From: Mytilus californianus
Taxonomy: Eukaryota
DNA length: 64,000 nucleotides
Direction: 5' to 3'
Assembly: GCF_021869535.1 (NCBI RefSeq)
Contig: NW_026262690.1
Location: 86,552,001-86,616,000, forward strand
Shown: positions 1-11,599 of the stretch, one piece after another
How positions within the stretch are numbered: position 1 is the first letter of the stretch
Layout: each line of letters starts with the position of its first letter
The notes under the pieces: model-generated
Seen by the model: only the letters and a program-made list of their open reading frames with translations
Told to the model about the DNA's origin: nothing
The model's database searches: none
Program-made: the position numbers and the translations under genes

Positions 1-472
1 CGAAGATCATTTTCTTTATTACTATTATTTGCGTTTCAATTCTTTCTGCAGCTGCCTCGCGATCCTTATCAAATCCTTGAATGTTTTGTAATGTGTTGTT
101 AATAGTATGTTCCAAGTCGACAAGAGCAGTAGATGTCTTTGCATTTTTTGCAGCTTCTGCTAAAGGAATGATGGCATCGAAGCAACCTTTATGCTTTGCT
201 GGAAAGCATGCCATACAAATAGCCATTTCATGTAATTTGCAATACATCTCAAGTTTGGACCCATGTTCTTCGCACTCAAAGCGAACATTGACATTTTCAA
301 TTTTACGGTATTCGTCGATGGTAATCAAGTTGTGATATCTCGATATTTTCATAGATTTATGTGCCTTTTCACATATATTACAAAATCCTTCGTTGCAATC
401 GGTGCACCATTTTTCTGCACTCTTCTCTAATCTTTCGTGACCACAGGGTCCACATGGAACAAATGAAGCCAT
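1..472 (-). CDS. Tandem B-box (B-box1 + B-box2) + coiled-coil protein, RING-less TRIM-like; N-terminal part, runs off the window edge
   Basis: Manual translation from ATG at 472: MASFVPCGPCGHERLEKSAEKWCTDCNEGFCNICEKAHKSMKISRYHNLITIDEYRKIENVNVRFECEEHGSKLEMYCKLHEMAICMACFPAKHKGC...AERIETQIIVIKKMIF. No stop before position 1. CxxC..CxxC..CxxC..H and CxxH..CxxH..CxxC..H patterns, then a helical segment. Polypyrimidine/AG acceptor just upstream. Confidence 0.85.
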   Translation of the reverse strand, partial: MASFVPCGPCGHERLEKSAEKWCTDCNEGFCNICEKAHKSMKISRYHNLITIDEYRKIENVNVRFECEEHGSKLEMYCKLHEMAICMACFPAKHKGCFDAIIPLAEAAKNAKTSTALVDLEHTINNTLQNIQGFDKDREAAAERIETQIIVIKKMIF

Positions 473-859
473 ATCTTAATGCATCTGGTCATAAAAAAAG
501 AATAAAACTATATTACAATGTATCATATTTTTTCATCTACTTCGTTTAAGTTTAAGTCACATAAATAGAGGATTTCGTTTAATTTCTTCTTTATTGATTA
601 GAGACAATGTATTCCTAAACCTGGATGTCTACTAGCTTCTATCCGAAGTCTATCCCAATTGTTATGATGCATTGCTATCTGCTATGTGATAATTAGCAAG
701 GTTGTTCTAGAATTAACACTTGCATACGTCCGAAGTGTTTTTCTGTGTTTCCTTTCATCAAGAACGCTCGATGTGAAGAAATGACGACTGACAACAATCT
801 TATGATATTTAATGTGAAATGTTCAAGAGGATCAGTAAGGACTTGGAATTGGGGATCCA

Positions 860-2310
860 ATTATTTCCCCCTTACTTTAATTTTCAATTTTACCATAATT
901 AAAGGGCAGATATTTTCATATCTTATATTTGACTGCCATATTTCAATTACTTTCTCAATCTAATAGCCTTAATGGATTGTTGGGGAATTCGTGAAGGGTC
1001 ATTACCGACATTTAAAAAACCATACTTTTTTTTAGTATTAATAAGGTCATTTGATTCATTTCCTGGTTAAAATCGAAAATAAAATGTGGACCATTTACTC
1101 AGACAATCATCTCACCCTATGCATTTCAGAATCACATAAAATTTAACAAAACTTGAAAGTTTAATGAAGACCCTTCTAATATATTATAAATTTAAGCATC
1201 TTTGCAAAATTGTCATCTCAGAAAAAAATCCAATTTAAAAGATGGTAGATTTATTAAGGGACTTCATTCGTGGGCACTGGACTGGTAACCTATAACTGGG
1301 ATCTTATTCCTATCAGACCACATGATCATCTCAAAAAGAACAAATTTTATTTTAGTGTTATATTTAACATTGCCATTAAAGCGGGAGGTTTGGCTAACCA
1401 CAAAACCAGGTTCAACCCACCATTTTTTCTTGAAATGTCCTGTAGCAAGTCAGGAAAATAGCTATTGTTATCTTATAGTACGTTTCTGTGTGTGTTGCAT
1501 TTTAGTGTTTCTGTTGTGTCGTTGTTCTCCTCTTAAAGTTGATGAGTTTCCCTCAGTTTTAGTTTGTAGCCCGGGTTTGTTTTTTCTCAATCGATTTATG
1601 AATTTCGAACAGTGGTATACTACTGTTGCCTTTATTTTTGGTATTTGCTGACGGAAATCAATTATCTTCAATAAAATCAAAAAGTTTTGTGTATAAGGCT
1701 TTAATTTGTGCATATTATAGCCAGAAACAAGAAGCTGTAGTTTTTATGAAATGAATGGAATAAAACTGCAGAATCTAACACTGTCTGTCATATTAAACAG
1801 CTTTGCGGCCAATATAATGTAGCATTATCTAAATATCTACTCAAACTAAAGAAAATCGTGTATTTCTTGAATATGATTTAATAATAGTCTCTAACATGAC
1901 ACCAATATGATAGATAAAACAAATCTTCATGTGTCTCGAATATTATGTCAATGTCTATTAAATAAATCTCAATTTGAAATTTTTTGTTGCATAATTCCTT
2001 CAGGTCTACCTTACCTTTCACAAATACAGGCACCCAATTCATTTGCAATTATTTTCCCATTACTTTAATTTTAATGCAATTTTGTTCTAATGGAAGGACA
2101 GATTTTTTTAATCCCTATATTTAACTACCAAATTTCAATTACTTTCTCATATTAGTATCCCTTTATGGTTTCCCCTTTGAATTTATTAGAAATTTAAGCA
2201 TCTTTACATAATTTTTTTCTCGGTACAATATCCCATTTAAAAGATGGTAAATTTATTAAGAGACTTCATTCGTTGGTACTGGACTGGTATTCTGTAACTG
2301 GGATCTAAAT
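860..2310. repeat. Old diverged direct duplication (~860-1310 vs ~2040-2310)
   Basis: Shared blocks in the same order: aattatt(t)ccc..ttactttaatttt, atttcaattactttctca, aatttaagcatcttt, atttaaaagatggta, acttcattcgt.gg.actggactggta..taactgggatct. Confidence 0.55.
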
Positions 2311-2669
2311 CCACTTGGTTGATCTTGTTTTTGTAAATGTCAGTTTCAAAGAATTTGACTTGAGCCACACAACAACTTCACCTTGTGGAGCAGAAAATGC
2401 GTAGCCTTCCGGGTAACCGGCGGTCCAAATTGCATATAAACGGTCAAATATTTCTGTTCTTCAGTTTTTCAAAATTTAATATTTGCATAAGAATGACTAG
2501 TCATTCATTCATATAATTTAAATTTACCTGTGTACGTTATTTTATTTAACTCCACTTTGTCCCAGGTTATAGTTGTCTTTTTGACATTGTTTTACACCTC
2601 CTTTTCTTATTAATATTGTATTTATATTGTGTCATAGATCAAATTTATTCGTTCAGTGTATGTTTAAAA

Positions 2670-3248
2670 AGAAGAAGTGGTATGATTGCCAATGAGACAA
2701 CTCTCCACAATAGACCAAATGACACAGAAATTAACAGCTATAGGTCACCGTACGGCCTTGACACAATGAGCAAAGCCCATACCGCATAGTCAGCTATAAA
2801 AGGCCCCGAAATGACAAATGTAAAACAATTCAAACAAGAAAAACTAACGGCCTAATTTATGTACAAAATAATGAACGAAAAACAAATATGAAACACAGCA
2901 ACAAACGACAACCACTGAATTTCAGGTTCCTAAACTTGGGACAGGCACATACAGAATGTGGCGGGGTTAAACTAGTTTGAAGGCGCCAACCCTCCTCCTA
3001 ACATAGGACAGTGGTGTAACAGTACAACATAAGAACAAACTATAAAAATCAGTTGAAAAAGGCTTAACTCATCAGATGGATACAAATAGAAATACATCCA
3101 ACAAAAACACAAAGTGAACGTGGACAGGTACTTGTACATCCCAACAACAAAAAGACACTTAGCACAGATCTGAGAGTACTCGCAATTACTGACAGTTAGT
3201 TCAAAGCCAATAACAACTAATAAAAAAAATCATGCATCTAAGACTAAA
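2670..3248 (-). mobile_element. 5'-truncated 3'-terminal fragment of the Naiad-type repeat (high-copy interspersed repeat)
   Basis: Reverse complement of 3160-3248 (tttagtct..gatgcatgatttt...cagtaa.tgcgagtactctca) matches the 3' UTR of the Naiad ORF at 32383-32460. The segment is absent from the paralogous site at ~33690. Confidence 0.55.
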
Positions 3249-3670
3249 TATTTGTTTTTGTAAATATGTCTTTTTGATCGAGTTAAGCCATTTCAATTGA
3301 TATTTTATAGTGTGTCTTTCTATGTTGCAATGTTACACTACTGTTTCAGGTTAGGGTGAAGGTTGGCGCCTGTTAAAACGTTTAAACCCGCTGCATTTGT
3401 TTGCAACTGTTCTCAGTCAGGAACCTGTTGTTCAGTGGTTGTCGTTTGTTGATGTGGTTCATAATTGTTTCTCGTTTCTCGTTTTTTATATAGATTAGAC
3501 CGTTGATTTTCCTGTTTGAATTGTTTTACACTGGTCATTTTGGGGCCTTTTATAGCTTGCTGTTCGGTGTGAGCCAAGGCTCCGTGTTGAAGGCAGTACT
3601 TTGACCTATAATTGTTTACTTTCTACACATTGTGACTTGGATAGAGAGCTGTCTCATTGGCACTCATATC

Positions 3671-6326
3671 TATGGAACGCCACAGCTGTCTTATGTGGTA
3701 CTCTGATATTACGTTATGTTGTTTTATTATTACTTGATGATATTTTGTCTTTACATAATATGGTTTTGACATTACGTAATGATGTTATGATATAACTCAA
3801 TATGGAATAATCATTACTTAATGATGTTTCGATATTACATGATATGGTTTCGTATTGACTTGATATAGTTTTGTCATTACTTAATATGGTTTTGTCATTT
3901 CTCGATGTGGTTTCACAATTATCCAATGTGGTTGTGTCATTAGGCAATGTGGTTTTAACATTACTTGATGTGTATGTGGCTTAACTTAATTTAGTTGTTT
4001 CATTACATGATGTGGTTTTGTTATTTCGTAATGATGATTTGCCAATTCTTTATATGGCTTTAACATTACATAACGATGTTTCAAAATTTGACGATTTCAC
4101 ACTACATGATGTGTTCGTTCCAGTAATTGATGTGGTTCTGTCATTCTTTGATGTGGTTATCACATTACTTGATGAGGTAAAACCACGTGACCATTTGGGA
4201 AAAAAATAGTTCTATTATTAGAACCAATTTCCACGGATGAGTGTGGCCATCCATTGAGTTAGAGTTAAAATAAAAGTTAGGGATACCATTCGAGTTAAAC
4301 CTCGGGTTAGTCTTCGATTTCGAGTTAGAATTCAAGGCATTATTAGAATTAAAGTTCGAGTTAGCATTGAGTTTCGTGTTGAACTTCGAGTTTGAGTCAC
4401 ATTTGAAGGCAGAGTTCGAGTTACAATTCAACTTTGAATTTGAGTCACCTTTTGAAGTAGAGTTCGAGCTAGACTTCGAATTTGAGTCTCATTTAGATTA
4501 AGATTTCGAGTAGAAATTTACTCGGGCTTCCGAAAAGATGGCTTAGGGGTATGCGCACAAAAGATAAACAATGTTACAGTATACAAAACACCATAGAAAT
4601 CTAAATAAAGTTAGAAGATGTGGTATGGTTGTCAATGAGACAACTATCCATCAGAGTTTAAATGCAGTATATGTAAGCAAGTATAGGCAACCATACGGCC
4701 TTCAATACACCGTATAGTCGGCTATAAAAGGCCACCATGTGAAAATATGAATCAATTCAAACGAGAAAAGTAACTGCCTAATTTATAACAAAGCAATTTA
4801 CGAAAAACAAATATGAAAAACATGAACCAACGACTACAATTAAACTGCACTCTCCTGACTTAGGACAGGCACATAAAGAATGTGGCGGAGTTAAACAAGT
4901 CTGTGAGCGCTCAGCCCTAATTCTAACCTGGGACAATAGTGTAACAGCACAACATAAGAAAAAACTGTAAAAATCATTTGCAATTGGCTTAACTCGATAG
5001 ATCGGTATGACTGGGCAATATAAATCCATCAAAATGCGGGGGTGATCTCGGGTGCTCCGGAAGAGTAAGCAGATCCTGCACAATGTTTGGCACCCGTCGT
5101 GTTATTCGTGAAAGTACAAACCGATTGATTTGGTCTGATTCGGTAGGTCACATTCGAGAAAAAGAGGACGGGATTGTGATTACTACAATAGGAACATATC
5201 CGTCGTCACCTGTGAAACAGATATTCCCAAAAAAAAATTTTTTCAATCATTTGGTATGTGGTGGAGAGTTGTCTCATTGGCAATCATACCACATCTTCTT
5301 ATTTTTATATAAGTTTTTTGCAGGAAATATTACCGAATGAAACAGTTTTGTCATGATAAATTTGTAAACCTCCATGAATTATTATAAACAAATTGTATAG
5401 GAGTTAATCTTCAAGATCACGATAAAGCATCTACAGAAAAACAAACTTTTTACAAGTAAATGGATTTGTTACAGTCAACATTACACTTTTAAAGTGACAG
5501 CAGCAATCTCAAGCGAGACAGAGGGTTTCGTGGAATCCTTCACGAATTAATTATAATACTGCTTCCATTTGAGAACTAAGGAGAAAAAAAAACGGCCGGA
5601 CCAAGTGGTGTGAGGATATTCCCCTTATGTCCGAAATATTGTTATTTTTTTATAATACTTTTTTTCTTATTTTTTCATACCAAATAACTCAAAACAACAA
5701 ATCGAACTTTAATTTGAACTTTAACTCAATGGATAGCGACACTCATCCGAAGCACATTAAACATATGGAAATCGGTTTAAAAATAGAACTAGTTTTTCCC
5801 AAATGGTCACGTGGTTTTACCTCATCAAGTAATGTGATAACCACATCAAAGAATGACAGAACCACATCAATTACTGGGACGAACACATCATGTAGTGTGA
5901 AATCGTCAAATTTTGAAACTTTATTCTGTAATGTTAAAGCCATATAAAGAATTGGCAAATCATCATTACGAAATAACAAAACCACATCATGTAATGAAAC
6001 AACTACATTACGTTAAGCCACATACGCATCAAGTAATGTTAAAACCACATTGCCTAATGACACAACCACATTGAATAATTGTGAAACCACATCGAGTAAT
6101 GACAAAATCATATTAAGTAATGACAAAACTATATCAAGTCAATACGAAACCAAATCATGTAATATCGAAACATCATTAAGTAATGACTATTCCATATTGA
6201 GTTATATCATAACATCATTACGTAATGTCAAAACCATATTATGTAAAGACAAAATATCATCAAGTAATAACAAAACAACATAACGTAATATCAGAGTAAC
6301 ACATAAGACAGCTGTGGCGTTCCATA
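3671..6326. mobile_element. Non-autonomous foldback element with ~600-bp TIRs, IS3EU-like
   Basis: Arms 3671-~4277 and ~5702-6326 are inverted copies. Termini TATGGAACGCC...GGCGTTCCATA. Exact 6-bp TSD CATATC at 3665-3670 and 6327-6332. ~21-bp subrepeats within the arms. The uninterrupted host sequence is seen at ~34100-34135. TAY..RTA ends with a 6-bp TSD are the described IS3EU signature. Confidence 0.8.
4255..4515. repeat. Degenerate (TTCGAG)n-like hexamer repeat inside the foldback element
   Basis: Recurrent ttcgagtt/ttcgaatt units; explains the Asn/Ser-rich spurious ORF 4165-4431. Confidence 0.7.
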
Positions 6327-7699
6327 CATATCACATCTTCTTATTTCTATGTATCATGTTTTATATGATATTATTTTGATCAAAAAACGTATTTTTATAG
6401 AAAAAAATAATAAAGTAAAAAACACATGCCTTTCTTTTCCGGCTAAGTAATACAAATTCAAGATAGGTGTATTTTCATTCCAAATATATTTCTATACGTC
6501 AAAATACCTTTTAAAGAGAGAGTGAATATGTGTAATAATGTTTTGCCAATGTATTTAGATCTGCTATTGTGAGATATCTTATTTCTCATGCTCAGTTTAT
6601 TTTATGTATGTTTGTTTCTTTCCTCAAATATTTTACTGGAGATAATTAAACATGTCAAACCCGACGACACAAATTCAACCGAAATAAGAAAGTAGAAAAC
6701 GAAAGTTAGGGCAATGCTAATATTGTAAAACTAGAAAATATAAGATTAAACAAGGGTTAACATATAATACTGCCTGAACAATGAAAAAGAAAATCTATGA
6801 AACTCATTCTTACCTGCGGACGATCAAAGAGGAATTCATTCGTTTTTTGAGTCTCATTCGTTTGTGTCAGTTGAGTAACCAAGACAAACAATGTCACGTG
6901 GTATTATAAATACAGTATTTCAAGCGCGTATATTTAAAAAATCAAATCAGCATTCTGTGCCGACATCATAATTTGACTCACAATACGGAAGCGAAATATA
7001 AAAGTTGGTTGAAAAACATGTAAATTAAGAGATACATAAGATAGAACTAACAATTCATGATCAATTCTAATAAATTATCTTCCAACGATTGGGTACTGGA
7101 GAAACACTGCGTTTGCCGACGTCAGCGAATAACAGAAAACATTGATTAATTTATTTTCTCTGATGTCTCAGAGGATAATGTGGAGTGATTAGGCGACCAA
7201 GTATGCATTAGTTCCATTCACGTTGATCTGCATGACAAAGCCTTGGACGATGGAGGTGGCATATTTAGATGTAAGGCTACGCAATAGATAAATAAAAAAT
7301 GAAAAAAATAAGTAAATCGTAAAATTTAGTCGGCTTACAACTGTTCATAATACATGTATGCTGATTATGTTTACTTAAGATCTTGGCCCGAGCTGATAGA
7401 CAAGTTGTCTTTGTGCTAATTAATTTTATGTTTTCAAGGTTAACAATAGCAATCAAAATACTGGAAATTGATCTGTCAAATTAATTACCACGACAATCGT
7501 TTTAGAATTGAACAAAATGTATTTAATGTTTTCAATACATATCAAATCTATTAGAATTGAAAAAAGGTCCGATTAACCGGTTAGCGTTTTTGGTATTCGA
7601 TATTTGGTCCTTCCTACGGTTAACCGGTTAACCGATTAACCGTTGACAACACTAATTAATATGTATATAAAAATCATGTACGTACAAAAGCCAATATTC

Positions 7700-8230
7700 T
7701 TTCCATACGCCAATTTCTAGAGTGTAGCCAATACTACTTAGCTCATATATCATGATTTCCTTAATAGAGGGTTGCTACTCATAAGGAAGCTACTAAACCA
7801 ATAGTTCCAAGTGGTGAAGTTAAAATCCTCCCTTCGTAAATTTTACGGACGCCATCACGAGTTAGTTGACCGGTATGGAATATCTGGTTCACAGAAGACG
7901 GTGGATATGTTCCAATTGTCGGAACTACAATCCCGTCCCCTTTTCCCCGAATGTGACTTACCGAATTAGACTTATCACTAGGTTTGTACTTATATAACCA
8001 GCAAGACGGGTGCCAAATGTGGAGCAGGATCTGCTTACCCTTCCGGAGCACCTGAGATCACTGCCAGTTTTTGGTGGGGTTCATGTTGCCCAGTCTTTAG
8101 TTTTCTATGTTGTGTTTTGTGTACTGTTGTTTGTCTGTTTGTCTTTTTCATTTTTAGCCATGGTGTTGTCAGTTTATTTTTGACTTATGAGTTTGAATGT
8201 CCCTTTGGGATCCTTTGCCTCTCTTTTAGC
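7700..8230 (+). mobile_element. 3' end fragment of a second Penelope-like RT family
   Basis: Reads IYHDFLNRGLLLIRKLLNQ*FQVVKLKSSLRKFYGRHHELVDRYG, followed by the ggtgcca.atgtggagcaggatctgcttacccttccggagcacc tail. Pieces of the same tail occur at ~5030-5220, 44720-44890 and 47170-47425. Confidence 0.75.
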
Positions 8231-9057
8231 ATAACACAATGTCTCAAAATATATCCTTTTCATAACAAAGTTATCAAATACGCCATTGTCACGGGACTTT
8301 ACAATATAAACTGTTGTGTAAGGGGGAATATTACGTTTAAAAGTCGAGTCTGTTCTCATTAAAAGAATATGAAAATGTAAATATTTGTACAAACATTCTT
8401 TATCCATTAAAAGCTTTTACTTTAACATGTCGTCTCAATTGTTTTACATATACATGTTTGCATGTTCTTCTCGATATATTCGCTTTAAATGTTTATATTA
8501 TATGCATATATTTGAGGTGAATGTTTGAAACCATTCAAAGATAACAGAAATATTTTAAAAGATTTATCCAATTTCGTCTTGATTACTAGACATTTAAATT
8601 GAGATTGATACCTTGATCTCTGAGGAGGGTCAAAGTTTCTCGGAGAAAAAAAAGCTTACTAGCACCCAAAAGAAAGTTCAGAAAAGAACATTACATAACA
8701 CAGCTTTTTAATTCAAGATCAGAATGAGCATTTTAATTCCATTACTATTCCAATGTATCTTTTACCCTAAAATTTACAATTTTTTTCCATTTAGTTATGA
8801 CGATAATTCAAACGATGACTTGAAATGGAACTCTTTATTATGTGAGGAACAGAAACAACTATTTTGGTATTTTTGAATTGCTTAAATCTGTCTCTATGGT
8901 CATTTATAGTGTAATGCAGCTTTACTATAAATAATTTCTTGTATGTTATATTTTCATACTACAAAAATTATAGTTTGAGCTTAAGGTCATATGAAACGAG
9001 TTTCAAGTAATTATTATGTTATCGAAATCATTGAATCAATGCATGCATATATGCATA

Positions 9058-11599
9058 TATACTAAACTAAGTACTGTATGCACGTTGTTTTACATTCATT
9101 ATGATCTATAACGTACCATCGACAAATAATATTTCATTCAGGATTGTCGATCGCAAGCTTTCAAGTTTGTTACCGAAGTAAACAGGATCTTGACATTGAT
9201 AAAAAAAAATCAACACAGATCATGTAGAGCACATGAACAATAAGTGAATTGACTGAGCCATGATATTTTTTTAATTATTTTCTATGCATTGTCATTTGTT
9301 AATTAAAATTTTCCTTAACAGTTGTTTAGTGATTTTGTGTATTTGATTTGTTCTTTAAGAATCGTTTATTACTCTTTAAATTCCAGTGCATGTTTTTTTC
9401 CATTCTTTCATCAAGGTTTTCCCCTCGCGCTTGCGCTGTGTGGTTGCCGAAGTCTAACGAGATGTCTCGTAGTAACATAGTTGCAAAATCAAATACACAG
9501 AGGTCATAAGTCCAAGCTACCACGACTCTGCATAAAAAGTAGCATGAGTTTCATGACGAAGCATAAAACAATACCCACTACATAATAATATATTTACAAA
9601 AGCAAATACACGGAGGTCATAAGTCCAAGCTACCACGACCTCTGCAAAAAAAGAAGCATGAGTTTCATGACGAAGCATAAAACAATACCCACTACATAAT
9701 AACATATTTGCAAAAGTAAATACACAAAGGTCATAAGTCCAAGCTACCACGACATCTGCAAAAAACAATACACAGAGGACATAAGTACAAGCAACCACGC
9801 CCTCTGCAACAATTAAAATATCGTCCCCATTACCCAAACAGGCAAAGACAGGCAAATTGGTTTGTAATCAATAAGCATTGGGTTGTGATATAGGTAAGAG
9901 ACATTTCCTTTTTATACCGTTAACATAAAGCAAACAATGTACACGTGCATACATTAAAATACTAACAATTATAGCGAATAGGCTAACTTACTCCAAACCA
10001 AGCACCGTGACGAGATTTACGAAAGTAGCATGATTTTCGTGACATAGCATAAAACAATGAACACTACACAAAAACATAATTGCAGAAGGAAATACACAGA
10101 GGTCATAAGTACAAGCAACCACGCCCTCTGCACCAATTGAAATATCGTCCACCTTACCCAAACAAGTAAGGCAAATTGGTTTGTAACACAATAAACAATA
10201 GCTAAGCCTTAAAACTTAAACTGTCTGCCTCTTTCATATAAGAGTATTTAAATGTATGAATCTTTAATAATATCGCATATAAGTATGTAACTTTTCGTTC
10301 TATCATGCTGCTTGCATGTTAATTATTATCATTATGCAATAAAATTTTGTATTTGTATTTGTATTTAAATGAACCATGTCTCATACAGATACATAAGGTG
10401 GATATACGTTCTGCAAACATTTGGATGCTATTAAGGATTCAGTAACTTGTAAAAAGAACATCGGGTTTATCATCAGCTATCATTTTCCATAAGTATGGTA
10501 AATAAGTACATTTTGATCGCAAACGCACAGTATCGCCACCAACACCAAAATTAATTTTACCCGATATCTCTTTCACAAAGAGATAAATTTGACCAACTGC
10601 TACGTGTTTTGCATAAATCAAAATCGTGTAATCTATCCGAATTGAAGAATGGTCAAAAATTAACTGTACGTTTGTTCAGAATGTAAGCATACAATAGCTA
10701 AAGCATAAAAGTATAGTTCGATTTTACCTCAAATTGCTAAAAGGAATTCACTCCAGTCCAAATTATCCATAAAATTAAAATTTTTCACAAATAATTTTTC
10801 ACAAATTGTTTGATAAGAATTACAAGTTAACACATCAAATGCTGATGATAAAAGTAAGTGACCACAACGCACTTACACGTGAACTCGTGCTGACCCCGCA
10901 AGATCATTGACCAATAAGAAAGATGTAATCCAATCATGCACTGGTCATAAGTGAAATTTCTCTGCACGTGAAAACATGTTATCTAATTTCAACAATTTAT
11001 CGTTTAATTAAGTAGGACAACTCTGACCTTTTGACCAGTCTAGAGACATCATAAATTTACAGTAACAATATCTCACTCTTTATTTAAGTCTTAGTAATAA
11101 ACAATTAATACAGAATTATCTTCTCTGCTGTCTTAAATTATTTTATTCAGCTTAATTGTCAATTAGCAAATAAAATTGGTTATACTAAACTAAGTACTGT
11201 ATGCACGTTGTTTTGCATTCATTATGAATCTATAACGTATCATCGACAAATAATATTTCATTCAGAATTGTCGATCGCAAGCTTTCAAGTTTGTGACCGA
11301 AGTGAACATGATCTTGACATTGATAAAAAAAATCAACACAGATCATGTAGAGCACATGAACAATAAGTGAATTGACTGAGCCATGATATTTTTTTTTAAT
11401 TATTTTCTATACATTGTCATTTGTTAATTAAAATTTTCCTTAACAGTTGTTTAGTGATTTTGTGTATTTAATTTGTTCTTTAAGAATCATTAATTACTAT
11501 TTACATTCCAGTGCACGTTTTTTCCATTCTTTCATCACGGTTTTCCCCTCGCACTTGCGCTGTGTGGTTGCCGAAGTCTAACGAGATGTCTCGTAGTAA
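9058..11599. repeat. ~420-bp direct repeats (9058-9475 and 11181-11599) flanking a minisatellite-containing segment
   Basis: Near-identical copies starting tatactaaactaagtactg and ending gagatgtctcgtagtaa. Confidence 0.85.
9480..10195. repeat. Minisatellite, ~114-bp unit, with further partial copies
   Basis: ggtcataagtccaagctaccacg at 9502, 9615 and 9729; variant at 9777; related block at ~10090-10190. Confidence 0.8.

Noticed and set aside
3714-6283. Thr/Ser/Asn-rich and Val/Leu-rich ORFs (3714-3947, 4012-4209, 4165-4431, 5743-5985, 6050-6283)
   Set aside because: By-products of the 21-bp subrepeats and hexamer repeat of the foldback element; they appear mirrored in both arms.
9058-9475. 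LTR of a TRIM/LARD retroelement
   Set aside because: No TG...CA ends, primer-binding site, polypurine tract or TSD visible.
9480-9860. CRISPR-like regularly spaced repeats
   Set aside because: The whole unit is repeated (no unique spacers), there are no cas genes, and the context is eukaryotic; it is a minisatellite.
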